DNA of 64,000 nucleotides from Camelus dromedarius (Eukaryota): positions 98,396,001 to 98,460,000 of the forward strand of contig NC_087436.1 in assembly GCF_036321535.1 (NCBI RefSeq), read 5' to 3'. The position numbers were made by a program, and so were the translations under genes. Shown here one piece after another: positions 48,246 through 62,116 of the stretch; within the stretch, counting starts at the first letter, position 1; every line of letters begins with the position of its first letter. The notes under the pieces were generated by a model. That model searched no databases and was not told the DNA's origin. It worked only from the letters and a program-made list of their open reading frames with translations.

Positions 48246-49899
48246 GATTAGTATATACTATACACACACACACACACACACATATATACATACACACACA
48301 ATATATATATGTTTTTAGTTGTGACTTCCATATATTCAACATATAGTTATTGAATACTTGCTATATGCCAGACACTATTTCAGGAATTGGATGCTAGCAA
48401 GTATGCATTGCATCCCTGCTGCTTTATAATGGAATTGGCTTGCACAATTTCCTACAGGTGCTGAATCAACTATATTTGCAACAAATCATATATATAGTAG
48501 TTTGTTACAAATTGACTTATGCTTATATGCAGTTCACAAGCATTAGACTCCTTTTAGTAGTTTTTGGTGTCACTTAACAGTTAGGGGCTGGTGTGTGCTG
48601 TTGGACTCCTCTCTACAACTTGAAGACTTGGTCATATGTTGCAAATGGTGCCACACAGATACAAATATTTATAGCAGTGCGGCATGCAAACAGTCATTCA
48701 GACTTTCTGTGATTTCCATAAAGTCTCAGCGATCTGTCTCTTTATATACTCTGGTAAACTTGCAGAAAAGATTCACTTATGCCAAACACAAACATATTTT
48801 AATGATTAGATTCAGCTAACCTCCTAGTCAGGGTCAACACAGATATCCTCTGAAACAGCAGTTTAACTTAGAAACAGTTTGGAATCCTAGGTTTAGAAGT
48901 CCATTTTCAAAAGAAATGCCTATTAGGCTTACTAAATTCTTATACTATGTTTACACAATGAGGAGAGTGTCTGTACAGTATTCCAAACCAGTCTACTACT
49001 GAGAACATCCTGTGGTGCTGGTCATATTTAAAATCATTTAAAGTACTTGGTATTTTCATTGTAAAGAGTAAGCACTCCAAAATTATAGATTAAGTAATAT
49101 ACGTATATAGTCTTTACTGTCTATATGAAGTATTTTATACAAATCCCAGCCAATGTATCATTTATTTTTTAATAGTCTGGGAATATGTTTCAATCCTCCC
49201 AAATCAACTTTGGCTCCATAGATTATACTTTCTACCATCTCCCTCTTTATCTATGTTGCAAGCCCTCTCTTCTCACCAGCACTGCTCAGTTACAGGGTTC
49301 TACATTACTCCGTCCCACCATGATCATCTACGTAGTTATATTAGTATCAGAGCTGATATCCTGGAATTTGATTCAAAATGTAATTTAGCTCAGGGTTAGA
49401 CTGAAATTTGTCCCAATTATTTGAACATTTGAAGGAAGAGTGTTTCCTCTTAAAACATTCACTGTAGCAATAGCGACAATGTCTCAAAAATTTAAATTTC
49501 TCTGGGCCCAACACCATGCGTGGTATAACAGGAACAATAAAATCCAAGAATCTTAGTAAAATAAACATTGTAATATGAGCAACCAAAATGATACACTCAT
49601 TCATCTGAAAGAATGTTTAGGTGCTGTTCATATAAAACACTCATAATCCTCATTCATTATTTCTTAAAAGAAAAAGTGAAATCATGGACATCTCTGGACT
49701 CTGATCTTGAAGGCCATCCATGAGGGACTTAAAACTATCATCCAAACTCAAACAATAAAAACCTCAGTGTCTCCCATACTGTACCCAGAATGAAGAGCGT
49801 GAAGTTAAACACTTCACTTTATCTTTGAAGAATTTTCCTCTTGCTTCATCACTGTGTATAAGGAATTATCCAAATAGTATGATTGCTTTATTACAACTT

Positions 49900-50460
49900 A
49901 ATGTTTAGATTTTTATTTATTTTTTCTCTTATGTAAAAATATTACATAATTTGACATTTTTATTTCTTTATTTCCACAAACATCAATATTTTTTATAATT
50001 AGGAAAATAAAAACAGAAAATCACCCATTAATAGTTACCTTTCCCAGACAACTATTGTTAATTTACTACTTGGATTTTTTAATACGTAGTCTAGATGTTT
50101 TCTAACATATATAAATATGTATATGTTTTTCTGTAAAAAATAAGCATGTTATTATATAATGTCTAAAGTGTCCAAAATATACATACAATTTAGAAGGATA
50201 ATGGTATGACTGTCAAAAACTGAATCATTCTTTTTAAGCTGCATGTAATTCTATTATGTGGAACAAACCATACCATGCCTATCTTTTCCTTTTTGATGAA
50301 TATTTAGATTGGTTCCAATGTTTTTTCCTAATCAGAAATGCAGCAATGAATATTCTTAAGTGTATCATTCCACATATGTGTAAGAATATCTGTAGCAAAA
50401 ATTCCTAAAAGTGAAATTAGTAGATCAGAGAGAATATGCAATTTAAATTTATACACATTA
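49900..50460 (-). mobile_element. Old L1 3' end (L1ME-like)
   Basis: 'tcattctttttaagctgcatgtaattctattatgtgga...gatgaatatttagattggttccaat...aattcctaaaagtgaaattagtagatca'. Confidence 0.75.
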
Positions 50461-51304
50461 TTTAAGAATGAAAAATACATCTTAGATCAATAAAATCACT
50501 TTTCAACTAACATGAAACAGGACAAAAAACAAGTTGTTTCTTTTTATTTATTTATAGTCCTTGTCATTTTTTGTTCTTAATAAATATGTTACTTATATAA
50601 ACTTCTCTAGCAATATTTGAATGAGATTCAAGTTATATATGAAATACTTATCTAAGACATCAATTCCCAAACTGGTATTAATTTTTCAAGTTGTTTTGAA
50701 GAAAAAAATGTTCATGGTCATATAATTTCAAGGGGAAAAAAATGCTTATTTTAGTGTCCTTTGATGGCTTAAGATCTGAAATCTGAGAAGTTTTTCAAGT
50801 AAAGGAACCTGTACAAGTGTATTTAGTCCAGCAATTCTCAAATGTGTTTAGCAGTTATTAACATCCTTTGGGAAAAGTGTTCCTTGGAATACATAGTGTT
50901 AAAACGCTAGAAAATGAAATATGCTAGACCATCCCATACTAATCTTTTAAAATCTTCTACTGTGTCTCAGATACTAGGCAAATAAATATGCAAATTACCT
51001 TGTCCTCAAAGTTTCACAGTCTTTTCAAATTCAAAAGCAAACATCTTCTAACAGATTGAGAAAGAGAACTCAATCAAAAGCCACATAAACCAAAATAGTC
51101 TCCTGTTTATTAGATCATATTCCTTAGTATTAAATATGTGTGCATTATTTGCCAGTTTTATAGATTTGTGGATTTATTCCCATTGTCTTTTTCCCAAATT
51201 ATCATTACTATTATTATTAGGGACATGTAAACAAGAATCACAGGTTTTTTTTTAACACAAGAAAAACCACTATTTCACTATTACCACCCAAGAAGAGTCC
51301 CAGA

Positions 51305-51834
51305 ATGTCAGGATTTGTCACTCAAAAATATACCACTTTGGCAGAAGGATTATTTAAGTCAAGATAATAGAAAAACAGCAAATACTGAAAAAAAGCTCTC
51401 TGCCTTCCCCCCACCATTTGCCTAAAAGCAGACTTAGATTCTTAAACACCAGAAACAACTTTAGACTCTTATCTACCCAAAGACAGCCCTGTGGCAATGG
51501 ACATAACAAACCTTACTAAAATAATCCTTAACTTCCATTATTTCCCTACCCCCACATATTTGCCGTCTCAGAGTCCACTGCCTCTAAAAACTGCCTAAAC
51601 CTCTTTTTCTTTTCTTGTCACTTTTCTACAAATATATCGTTCTTTGTTAAGATATTCTATAACCCCCAAATTCTAACTACCCCTTTGAGACAGATACTCA
51701 TCATTTGGTCACTGCACATGTTAACAAATGCTGGAGTTTTCTTCATCTTGTTAATTTGTCTTTCATCAGTTTAATTTCCAGGGTCCCAGCTGGAGAACCT
51801 AAGAGGGTAGATGAAAAAATTTTCCTCCCTTCCA
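51305..51834 (+). mobile_element. MER34-like ERV1 solo LTR
   Basis: 'aaaaatataccactttggcagaaggattattt...gttaatttgtctttcatcagtttaatttccagggtcccagc...aaaattttcctcccttcca', the reverse complement of the 29031 copy type. Confidence 0.8.
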
Positions 51835-52899
51835 GTATCATGCTGTGAACTGAGAATTATATAGCAGAAAAATAAATTGTCATGGAGTCAAGGAACTTAT
51901 ACTGAAACAGGGAATCAAATGTGTCAAATGCACTAGCTAGCAATAACTAAGGCAATGCATTAACAATGCAAAGCCAATTTTGCTAAATTAAATGCCATAA
52001 CTTTCCCCAGAGAAATCATCTCTTGATATTCCATATTCACTAAGTAGATTTTCCTCTTACCATTTGTAAACATGAGCCTTTTTCTTTAAGATTATGTTTA
52101 GCTACATTGTTTTCCCTTGACCAGAATATTTTTGATGTTGTGGATAATCATGCTAGAAGTGAACTGAAACCCCTCTTATTTATGTATAAGTACACTCAAA
52201 ACAATTGGCTAGGCTGCCCAGTTTTTCTAGCCAAGACAACGGAAACACACTTGCACTTAAACACGTGAAAACACACATTCTCACACATACCACACACAGA
52301 CCAAACCAGTAATATGTAAGGAACATTAGCAATTCTCCAAATTTCTCTTAATTTAAAGTAGGCACATCCTAAGATAGACCACAACTACTACAGGTATCCA
52401 AGTAAACCTAATAGTACTACTGTCAGAACTGCATTATTACCCTAGAGAGAAGAATACATTTGAAAATAAAGGAACATGGAACCCTCATGAATGATCTAAT
52501 TTTGAATTTGTATTTTCAAAAGTGTTGTTTGATTCAGTAGTTTTTCTTTTAATTTTAAATGTTACAACAAGCAACAATAGACAATAAAATGATTTCAGGA
52601 TCAGTTTCTTTCAACGCTAAATATGAGGTTGCATTTTTCATCAAAGATGGTGGCATCAGCCGTTCTCAGGAGTATATATATGTGTACGTTCGTGTGTATG
52701 TTTGTGTGTGTGTGCACGCACGTGTTTTGAGTTTAGTTTTTTCCAAGTATCTAACCAAACATGCTTTGTCATGGTTCATGCAGCATTTATTTTACCCAAG
52801 CAATGATAAACAGTAAAAGGAGAAACAACCAACACTGCTTTCTGTCCTCCACTTGGGACCAGCTGCTAACACCATTATAAGCTCCTTGAGCTAGCTCCT

Positions 52900-53230
52900 T
52901 CTTTTCATATTGCCCAGGCTCTAATGTCTGTGTGGAATTCCTCTTGTTTAATTAGTGGTATCTTAGTTACCTTCAAGATAAAACCCAAGCATCTTCTCTG
53001 GAAACAAATGTTTGATTTTCCTAAGCTAAAAATAAAGCACTCACTCTTTTGACCAGCATTACACCTACGCATATCATAATTACCATATTGACAACAATAA
53101 TTTGTTTAAATCTCTCTCTCTCTGGCCAGTCTTTCTACTTCTTTCAGTCTGGCCCTCTGCATCTTGTTACTAGCACCTAGTATATTGTAAACACCTACAG
53201 TATCTGTTGAAAAATGAATGAATACAAATG
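52900..53230 (+). mobile_element. L2 3' end
   Basis: 'ctagcacctagtatattgtaaacacctacagtatctgttgaaaaatgaatgaat'. Confidence 0.65.
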
Positions 53231-54072
53231 CAAGTGAAGAAAGGAACTCACAGTAAGCACATAACTTTATAAAATGATTTGAAATATCTTTGCAACTCTT
53301 AAGAAACATAGCATTTTGCAAAACATCAGAAAGGTTCTGTAATAAAAGCATTTCCTATAATTTCATAATACGTTTATTAATCTCATTTCTTCAAAATCAA
53401 AATCTTTGATTTTTTTTTCTATCTCCCTCCAATAAATTCAACTGGAATGCAATAGTTTTGCTCTGGTTAACTCATAGTCTGTGCATAATGTGGATCCAAT
53501 ATGACTTGAAAAGACTCACTGTAATAAATTTTTACCATTTTCTGTTTTTTGGAGATCAATGAAAAAGAGTATCAGTCAGATAGTTTTTTTTTTTCCCCTG
53601 AAAACACAGCAAGGACATATCCTCAGACCATAGATCATATGAAAGGGAAAAGAAAGTACTATACATGAAATGATTTCAGTCCTAGTTCTGGTTTATTTCA
53701 TCAGTAATAAGAAAATTCCTTCCGATATTCCATGACGAACAGTTCTGTGAGGACTTCACATGAAAGGCTGTGCAATTAGACCCTGAGGCTGATCTTTTCC
53801 AAACCGTGCAAGGACACCTGAGAGCTACATGTAATTTAACTGGCCAAGTTTTGCGTTTTCCTGCTAATTCTATAGTATATCATTTTCATGATTCCTGTTA
53901 CCAGTAAGAGGACTATGGTAGCAGGTTGAAGGTAAAAATTGAGACAGAGGAAACATACAAAGAGTGACTTAGCAAAAATATTTCTTTCTACAAAGCTGTT
54001 CAAATAAAAAAGATGGATTCACTGTCTTTAGTTAACCCTTGTTCACTTACTTTCCCTCCCCATCATGTTCTA

Positions 54073-54155
54073 ATTATCTTATTGGCTTATTGGCTTTATC
54101 TTATCTTATCTTATTTATCTTATCTTATTATCTTATCTTATTATTCTTATTGGCT
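54073..54155. repeat. Degenerate (TTATC)n pentanucleotide repeat
   Basis: 'ttatcttatcttatcttatttatcttatcttattatcttatcttatt', seen directly. Confidence 0.9.
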
Positions 54156-54722
54156 ACTAGACTATGACATATTCAAACTATTGTCAGTTTCCTTCACAGT
54201 AGAGGTTTAGGAGTAAAGATAAAACATCAGGAGATATAAAATAAGGGTTATTTTTTTTTCTCTGCTTCCTTTTATTGACCACCTAAAAGTAAAGAGGAGA
54301 ATTTTGGTGCTGATGAGTTCTTGTGAAGGGGTCCTGACCCTTACTTATCCCAGGCAGACATGAGTTGGAGCATAGAATTCCTGTACCATTTTTTGGATCA
54401 GACAACAGAAGGGAGCCTGCATCCTTTTCATAGTTTCCATTAATGCAGAAATTCTCTGGAATTCCCTGAACTTTTTACCACAATGAAAGGAATATTTGTG
54501 TGGAATGTGGGGCTGTGTAGGCAGAAAAGTTCTTTATTTGAGTAAGTGGAACTAAAATTTTGTCTTCTAATTGGGGGCAAAAATCTGATCTTTGACTCTT
54601 TCTTGATTCTCCCATCCAAGCTGGCACCAGTTCCTAATGCGTCCTCCTGTCTCAAATCTGGTTCCCTCTTACTTTTCCCAATGCCATCATCATGATGCAG
54701 GCAATTAAGAATACTTGTCTCT

Positions 54723-55058
54723 TGCTATCAACTGAATGTTTCTATCTCCCAAAATTCAAATGTTGAGGTCCTGACCCCCAATAGGATGGCATTAGGAAAT
54801 GGGGGGTCTCTGGAGTTGATTAGGTTTTGAGGGCAGGACCCTCCTAAATGGGATCAATAACCTTGTACAAGAGGTTCCCTCACCCCTTGTACCATGTGAA
54901 AATACAACGTCTGTGAATCAGGAAGTAGGCTCTCACCAGACACTGAGTTGCCAGTGCCTTGATCTTGGACTTCCAGCCTCCAGAGCTGTGAGAAATAAAT
55001 GTTGTCTAGGCCACCCAGGTTGTGGTACTCTGCTGTAGCAGCCCGAACAGACCTTAGC
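54723..55058 (+). mobile_element. MLT1A-like MaLR LTR
   Basis: 'tgctatcaactgaatgtt...aaaattcaaatgttgagg...ctcaccagacactgagttgccagtgccttgatcttggacttccagcctccagagctgtgagaaataaat...gcagcccgaacagac'. Confidence 0.92.
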
Positions 55059-55844
55059 CTTTCATCCCTGAGGCTAACTGTGTCACGCATACCTGAGCCT
55101 CTCCCCATCACTGTCAGTAATACTCATAACTTTGCATTATTAGTATTTCTGAAGTGCTGATCAGACATGGTACTTACTCTATGGAAAAACTTTTATGCGT
55201 TCCGAATAAAATCCATGCACCTTGGTATTACAAGAGACATTCTTTATAGTCTAGTCCCCATCCAGTCCTCTCTTCCAACAATAATTTTTATCAGTATAGA
55301 TTCTGACCAGGATTAATGTAGCCTCTCTGAAGCCACTTTCTTTCTCTTTCATTAGCCAAGTGTTCTCTCCTCTTTTATTGAACTCATGTTATCCTTCAAG
55401 GATCTAGATTAAATTCCACTTTTTTTTTTCCTTTTTCTTTTTCTTTTGCAAAGCAGTCTCCTCAATGCTGTCTAGGAACTGATTTCCTTTTTTCCCTTGA
55501 ACTCCTAAGTATATTATTGCAACGCCTCTTTTAGCCATTATTACTGTCATCCTCATCTTCTGCATCATCATTAGGTTCCCACTACCTTCCCTCTGATACT
55601 TGTAAAAGCTTTCTCAGCAGGGGCTACATGTAGTTACCTTTTAGTAGGTGGCTCACTTCCAAGTGCCCAACTAGGGCTTTGCATATATTTTTGTTGCTTG
55701 AGGGGAAATCAATTGATACTTCATTTTCACAAGAGTTTAGGACTTGCAGAGCTCAGAAACTGATGGAAAAATCTTCCCTTTATATGCGCACTTAAATAAA
55801 TAGGCATCTCCTTGCCTTGCCTTTCTCCTCTTGAGGTGCATCTG

Positions 55845-55863
55845 TGGCCTCCAGAGGGAGCAA
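55845..55863 (+). promoter_or_regulatory. Candidate CTCF binding site
   Basis: TGGCCTCCAGAGGGAGCAA versus consensus TGGCCACCAGGGGGCGCTA, in non-repeat DNA. Motif match only. Confidence 0.55.
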
Positions 55864-57106
55864 GGGCAAAAACAGAAGCAGCAGCAGGTTTCCAGTGTTT
55901 AACATTGCAGGCAGCGGCTATGATCTTTGGCAATAAGCAGATTCCAGTAGGGCTGAGAGTGGTGGTACTGTGCTGCTGAGACAGATTACCTATCAAAGTC
56001 TCTTCCTCTTTTTTTATTTTTTCCCCATTTGGCTTTTGTCAGCAATTGGCGAAGCTCCATACCGTAAGAACATGCTAAAAGATGAAGGAAAGTAATGAGA
56101 AGTAATTAGAGGTGGCCCCTCGCCAACCTACGTCCGCATTTGAGGGGAGGAGAAGCTGCTGGACAAGATTAGGAAAAGTAGCTCCATGCCTAAAATCTGC
56201 ATCAGTATCACTGAGGAGGGTCAAAGAGATCCTATGGTGAAAATATAAATGTCCTCTCAGTTACCATTTACAAATGACTGGAGCATATTTCCTAGAAGCT
56301 GTAATACAGTGGGTTGGGAACTGAAGAACTGACATATGGAGCAGAGAACCATGAACTCACTCCTTTCCCTCTGACAATTTCCTCATTAATGCACAGCCCG
56401 GAAATCGGGGAAATGTATGCTTTCACTGAGCTGGAGAGAGATGACAGTGCTGTCAGCTACTGAGCTTTTTGTTCCTTTGTTCAGCCATATTAAAATGATA
56501 GAAGGGAACTGAGGATGAAGCTTCTTTTTTTCCCAAGCCCAATGGTCTAGAGGATTTATTGGACATCTGCTTACCCATCGTTGGTTTTGAAAGGTTTCTT
56601 CTCATGTTGGAAAGCAGAAACACATTAGACTATCGCATCAGGTATCAAGAAGATTAGGTGATCAGCCTGTTGCTTCTGTGGGTAAAAGATGACTGGAAAT
56701 GGATAAGACATCAGGAAACACACATCAAATACTTCTTTCACAGCAGGAGGTTTTTGTTTAATAAATAAGATTTCTCAGAACTCAAGTTAGCCACTCAGCC
56801 CACAACAGGCAGTCATGTTTCGGGACTTGAGTGGAAAACTCACGTCTGTTTTAGGAATTTTAAAGTTTTAGCGAGTAAGCTGAAAGAGTAAAATATTAAG
56901 TTAACAGTAAGAGCCTCAAAACATGGCTGGGCACGGTGTGGCTCACTAACTCCCCTTCCACACTCTTTAACCTTCTTAATCTGAAAATAGAAGTCATTCT
57001 AAGTAACATCTACAAATGTCTTTGTCTCAGGAAGGTATTTGTAACCTATAAAAATCTACCTAAAGAGTCAGAAAAGTGAAATAATTGTGAAGTTTTCTTT
57101 ATATTC

Positions 57107-57134
<28 letters not shown>
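57107..57134. repeat. Poly-T tract (T28)
   Basis: Seen directly. Confidence 0.95.
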
Positions 57135-57137
<3 letters not shown>

Positions 57138-57536
57138 TTTTATGTTCACCAGCATACATACTAAGAAAACAAAGAAAAACAGTCTGTGTAGTGCTCTATT
57201 TATTCCTTACTCTGGACCCCTGAGTGCGTAACCTTCATTAGAGCAGAGATATATTCAAACGGTGATTTCTTTCCACCGTGTCACTACCTGGGTCATCTGC
57301 ACAATCAAAAACAATTTGTAATTAGCATCTCAAATGGTCTGAGAAATGAAGGCACCACATAATCAAGGTCAACTCCTAAGGGGTTTTCTCCCCATCCAGT
57401 GAACTGCCTTTCCCAACAATTCCCCAATATTTAAATAGACAGATTGAAACCATAACTTATCTCTGGGGTATCAGTGGTGTCATTTATGGAAGAGGAGACC
57501 AGATGTAGCAAAAAATTTGAGTTCTAAAAACTCATA

Positions 57537-57582
57537 TGCACACGCAAGTGCACACACGCACACACACACACGCACACACACA
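57537..57582. repeat. Imperfect (CA)n microsatellite
   Basis: Seen directly. Confidence 0.9.
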
Positions 57583-58451
57583 AACTCCTGTCTTCAAAGA
57601 CCACTCAAGGTTAGGATCTGGACAGGAAAGTAGAAGAATACAGGAGGACGAGATTTAAAATTATTTCTTAGACTGAAGTTTTAATAGCATCAAGCCATGA
57701 AGCATGGAATGCTCCTTAATGAGGATATAATTACGGAGATAAAAAATTAAAAAGATAGAAACAGCAGGTGAAAAGATGTACAGACTATGCAAGTAAAATA
57801 TTTTACTTTTTAACTTCTATTTCCTTCTCCCTGGTTTACTCCCCCACCCCAACACACACTTTTTTCTTTAAATTTTATTCTTTTGAAGGGGACCATTGAC
57901 AAGATTGATTAACTAAGTCCTGGCTACTCCAGAATTGTTTGTTTGCTTCTGATTCACCAAATACTGGTGACACCTTCAGTTCAAAATTTGCTTTACTATA
58001 AAGGAAAAAAAAATCAGCGGCTGGTCACAGTGCTCAGAGGTTAGAATGAATCGTGGCAGAAATCAAGATCTCAATTCCTTAATAGAATTCTATATTAAAA
58101 AAAATTACTCTGAAACTTCCTGAAATTCATTCTTTTGTCACCCTGTAAGTAAACAGGAATATGAAGGCAGAGAGGTTATTCATTTTGCCCAAATTGTTCT
58201 GAGTAAACTCTTTTGAATTCCTTTCTGAACCAATATATCACTTAATTATTTTGCTTTTTTGCCTATAATTCTTTTTGTTCTCTATTATGTTGGTGTGACA
58301 GACATTGTGTTAAGCCTTTTACATTTATTATCTCATTTTTGGTACATAACAAACATGTTATAAATCTTACTATAATCACCGTTTTACCGGTGATAAATAC
58401 CGAGGCTGAGAAAAGTTGAGTCTTAGTCAAAGTTATCTAGCTGATAAAGTT

Positions 58452-59768
58452 TAGTTTTTTTAATTGTGGCAAACAAAAACACAAAATTTTTACTACTTTA
58501 ACCATTGTTAAGTGTACAATAATGTTAAGTATATTCACATTGTTGTGAAACAAACCTCTAGAAATTTTTCATTGTGCAGAACAGAAAGACTATACCCATC
58601 AAATAACAGCTCCCCTTTTTTCCCCCTGTCTCCTCAGACCCTTGTAACCACCATTCTACTTTCTGTTGCTATAAATTTGATCTCATTTAAGTAGCCTCCT
58701 ATTTATTTTTTGTGACTGGCTTATTTCACTTAGCATGTTCTCAAGATTCACCCATGTTGTATCATGCAGTAGGATTTTCTTCCTTTTTAAGGCTGAATAA
58801 TAATGTTTGGACTGGCCTGAAAGACACCACTGTGGCATAAAAATTATTTTTCTCTGAAGGCACTTTAAGTGGGATTTTTAAAACCACCTTATCTTCTTAA
58901 AAACGGAATCTCTCAAAAGAAGTCAGTTGTTACAAATCTTCTTGGGAGTTTCTGTACCTGGAAAGATTGACTCATCACTAGAGAGAAGTCAGCATCAAAT
59001 CTAACCAGACATGGTAACAAAACTATTGTTATCTCCATCTGTTTTCCTAAGAGCCCATTTATCTTTTCTAAAAGCCATTTGTTTTCCCATAAGTGCCTTT
59101 CTCCACCTCCTTTTACCCTATTAAGAAGCTATATAAGTCCCAAATTCTAACCAGTTCTTCTTGAGCCACATTTTTCTGTGAACTCCTGTGTATATACATG
59201 AAAAGCATCTTTATTTTCTCGTGCTAATCTGTCTTTTGCCAGTTTAATTTGCAGACCACCCTACCCCCCAAGCAAAGAACATAAAAGGGAAGAGGGAAAG
59301 TCCTCCTCCTCCAACAGTATGTATATAGCAAATGTTGTTTATCCATTTATCTGTCTCTGGACACTTGGGTTGGTTTTACTTCTTAGCTGTTGTGAATAGT
59401 GGAGATATGAATATGAGTGTGCAAGTATCTCTTCAAGACTCGGTTTTCAATTGTTTTGCATCCATACCCAGAAGTAAGATTACTGGATCATGTGGCAGTT
59501 CTATTTTTAAATTTTTTTAGGAATCTGTATTCTCTTTTCCATAGTGATTGCACCATTTTACAATCTGGCAAACAGTGGACAAGGATCCCAATTTCTTCAC
59601 ATTCTCAGCAACACTTGTTATTTTTTGGTTTTTGTTTGCTAACTGCTTTGTTTTGACAGTAGCCATCCTAATGGGTGTGAGAGAATATGTTATTGTGGTT
59701 TTGACTTGCATTTCTTTTATGATTGCTGAAATTGAGCATTTTTTCTTATGCTTGCAGCTAATTTGTTT
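58452..59768 (-). mobile_element. L1 3' end (L1MB-like) split by an LTR at 58804-59316
   Basis: 'ttaagtgtacaataatgttaagtatattcacattgttgtgaa...ttttaaggctgaataa|gtatgtatatagc...tttatccatttatctgt'. ORF 59517-59711(-) MQVKTTITYSLTPIRMATVK is ORF2-like. Confidence 0.9.
58804..59316 (+). mobile_element. MER34-like ERV1 solo LTR
   Basis: TG...CA. 'caccactgtggcataaaaattatttt...gctaatctgtcttttgccagtttaatttgcag...ctcctcctccaaca'. Confidence 0.8.
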
Positions 59769-61414
59769 CTAACCCTGAATTGAACTCAGACAGCCTGAAT
59801 CTAGAGCCCATATTTTTGACCACTAAATTGTACTTTGCGTGATTTTGTTGTTTTCTGTTTTTCTTGATTATTTACTTAACTGGAAAATTTTAACACATAT
59901 TCTTCCTGATTTTATATCCTTTATTTTTAGGCTATCTTAATGTTTGATGATCATATTTTAATTATGCATTTAATTACACAAATTAATAGTTACACCAATA
60001 ATTTAAAACTTTGATTACTTATAGGTTACAAGGACCTAGGATGTGTAATGAATTTTTTCTGTACCATTTTCTATGCTTTCCAGGAATGTTCACTTATGGA
60101 ATAATTATCTTTTTTTAATATAAGTTTATGTGCTTATATGTTGGGGCTTGGGTTTTCTTATTTCTCTTTGTAGCTACTTAGACTGTAAGAACCACAATTA
60201 TAAAGGATAGATGCAGCTAAAATAGGATGAGACAGAATGGACTTACCAAATTAACTCAGATTCTTCATTTCCTTTGAAGAAGGACTGCCTTGAAACTAAA
60301 TTTTCACGGCCGTAGGTCATACTTCAGTATACCTGATTATTTCAGCTCTTAAACATGGAGTAATATGCCGATCAGGATCTTTGGTACCTGTTTATGTCGA
60401 TTCCAGTTGGTTTATTTTCATTGTAAATATATCATTTAGGTAAATCTTATGTAAATAAGTACAACATGAACAAGTAAAGGAAAACAACTATGATTTTAAT
60501 TTAAACCTGGGCTGAATATTTTGGAAATACGTAATGAAAGTCAGTCACTAAAATAAAAAATTAAATTAAAATATGTCAATATTGGAAAAGTGTAAAATAC
60601 TATTAATATTTGAAAAATATAAAGATATTAAATATTTAATATTAAATTATTTTTCTCATTTTTTTTTAACTTCTCATTCCACTTCATGGGAATCCAAATC
60701 AAAATTTTATATTATGTTTTCTGGGTATAGTTTATAAGTGAAGGATATCCTAGGACTTTAATTTGTGACTCAACATCAAAGGAAAACACTTGGACCTATA
60801 TCAAAAGATTGTCAAATGAATGTTTATTTATGTGTTAATTAAAAGAAAATGAGGCAGATATGAATCAGATTTTTTGAGTCTTATGCTTACCTGACTTTTT
60901 ATTTAATCAACTAAATAATTTCATTGCTTACTTTGGATAAAAATGATTTTACTAAAAAAGCTCAAGAACTGATAGCTGTTTTGGTGACTCTGTCTCTATT
61001 TTTGTTTCTTTTTTTCCATCTTTTTGTTTCTTTCTCTCTGTCTGGATATATAGATGTGTATATGGAGATATATGTGTCTACATAAATCTGTCCATTACAT
61101 ATGAAAATATACATAGCTTTTATGCTATCTGAATTTGAATATTTTGCTTAGGAGAAAAATTGCATGTGACTCTTGTTTCTTATTATAATAAGTGTATAAA
61201 CTGGAAAGATTCTAGTTATGCAGAATTAAATTCAAGAATCAAACTGGCACTAGCAATAATGTATTCAAAATTATATACTGTAGATGAGTCAATCCTGCTA
61301 TTATGGAATTGGTTGTAAAATTATCTGGAACAATTTGGAACTTGAGAGAAACTGACTCAGTTTTATGGTGAACATTGCTGGCCATTTTTCATAAATGATT
61401 TTTTTTGCATAAAC

Positions 61415-61560
61415 ATACATACCTCAGTTTCCTCATCCATAAAGTGGCATAGTCATACTTCATAGGGCTACTTTGAAAAGTAAATAAATTAATTGATGTA
61501 AAGGGCTTAGAATAGACATTAGTACATAGTATGCACTATGTGTGCTAGATTTATTATTAC

Positions 61561-61595
<35 letters not shown>
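61415..61595 (+). mobile_element. MIR 3' half ending in a (TTA)n microsatellite (about 61550-61592)
   Basis: 'cctcagtttcctcatccataaagtgg...cttcatagggct...gtaaagggcttagaatag'. Confidence 0.85.
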
Positions 61596-61600
<5 letters not shown>

Positions 61601-61820
61601 TTAATGCAAGAACATAGTACACAGCATCTACCTTATCAGACATCCAGAGAAAAATTTTGATTGAAAAATTTGACCTCCTATGCTCCCAAATATATGAAAT
61701 TCAAGATCCAACCTTAAGGGTATGTACATCCATCAAAAAGGCTGTGTAGAAATGTGCATTTTTATAGAGAACCAAATCATGTTAAAGAGAGTCCCAATTT
61801 GTATTTGTGATTTGAATTCT

Positions 61821-61936
61821 CTTTTTTAGTATTGTTTTTATTTTTATATTTCCCCATTTTTTTTGAAGTGTAGGTGATTTACAATGTCATATTAGTTTCT
61901 GGTGTATGGCGTAGTGCTCAGTTAATCATATATGTA

Positions 61937-61988
<52 letters not shown>

Positions 61989-62116
61989 TATTCTTTTTTA
62001 TATTCTTTTAAATTATACACGCTACAAGCCATTGAATATGGTTCCTTATACTATACAGTAAGACCTTGTTTATCTATTTTATACATAGTAGTTTGTATCT
62101 GCAAATCCCAAATTTG
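61821..62116 (-). mobile_element. Short young L1 3' end with TSD
   Basis: TSD gtgatttgaattct (61807-61820) / gtggtttgaattct (62117-62130), followed by TT|AAA. Same 3'UTR type as 33129-33420. Confidence 0.9.

Larger units (their letters stand above)
58300..59835 (-). mobile_element. MIR split by an L1 (pieces about 58300-58450 and 59770-59835)
   Basis: 'cgttttaccggtgataaataccgaggctgagaaaagttgag...caaagttatctagctgataa' continues as 'ctgaattgaactcagacagcctgaatctagagcccatatttttgaccacta'. Confidence 0.7.

Noticed and set aside
57107..57134. T28 as the tail of an antisense retrocopy
   Set aside because: No recognisable SINE/LINE body, TTTATT signal at the proper distance, or TSD found.
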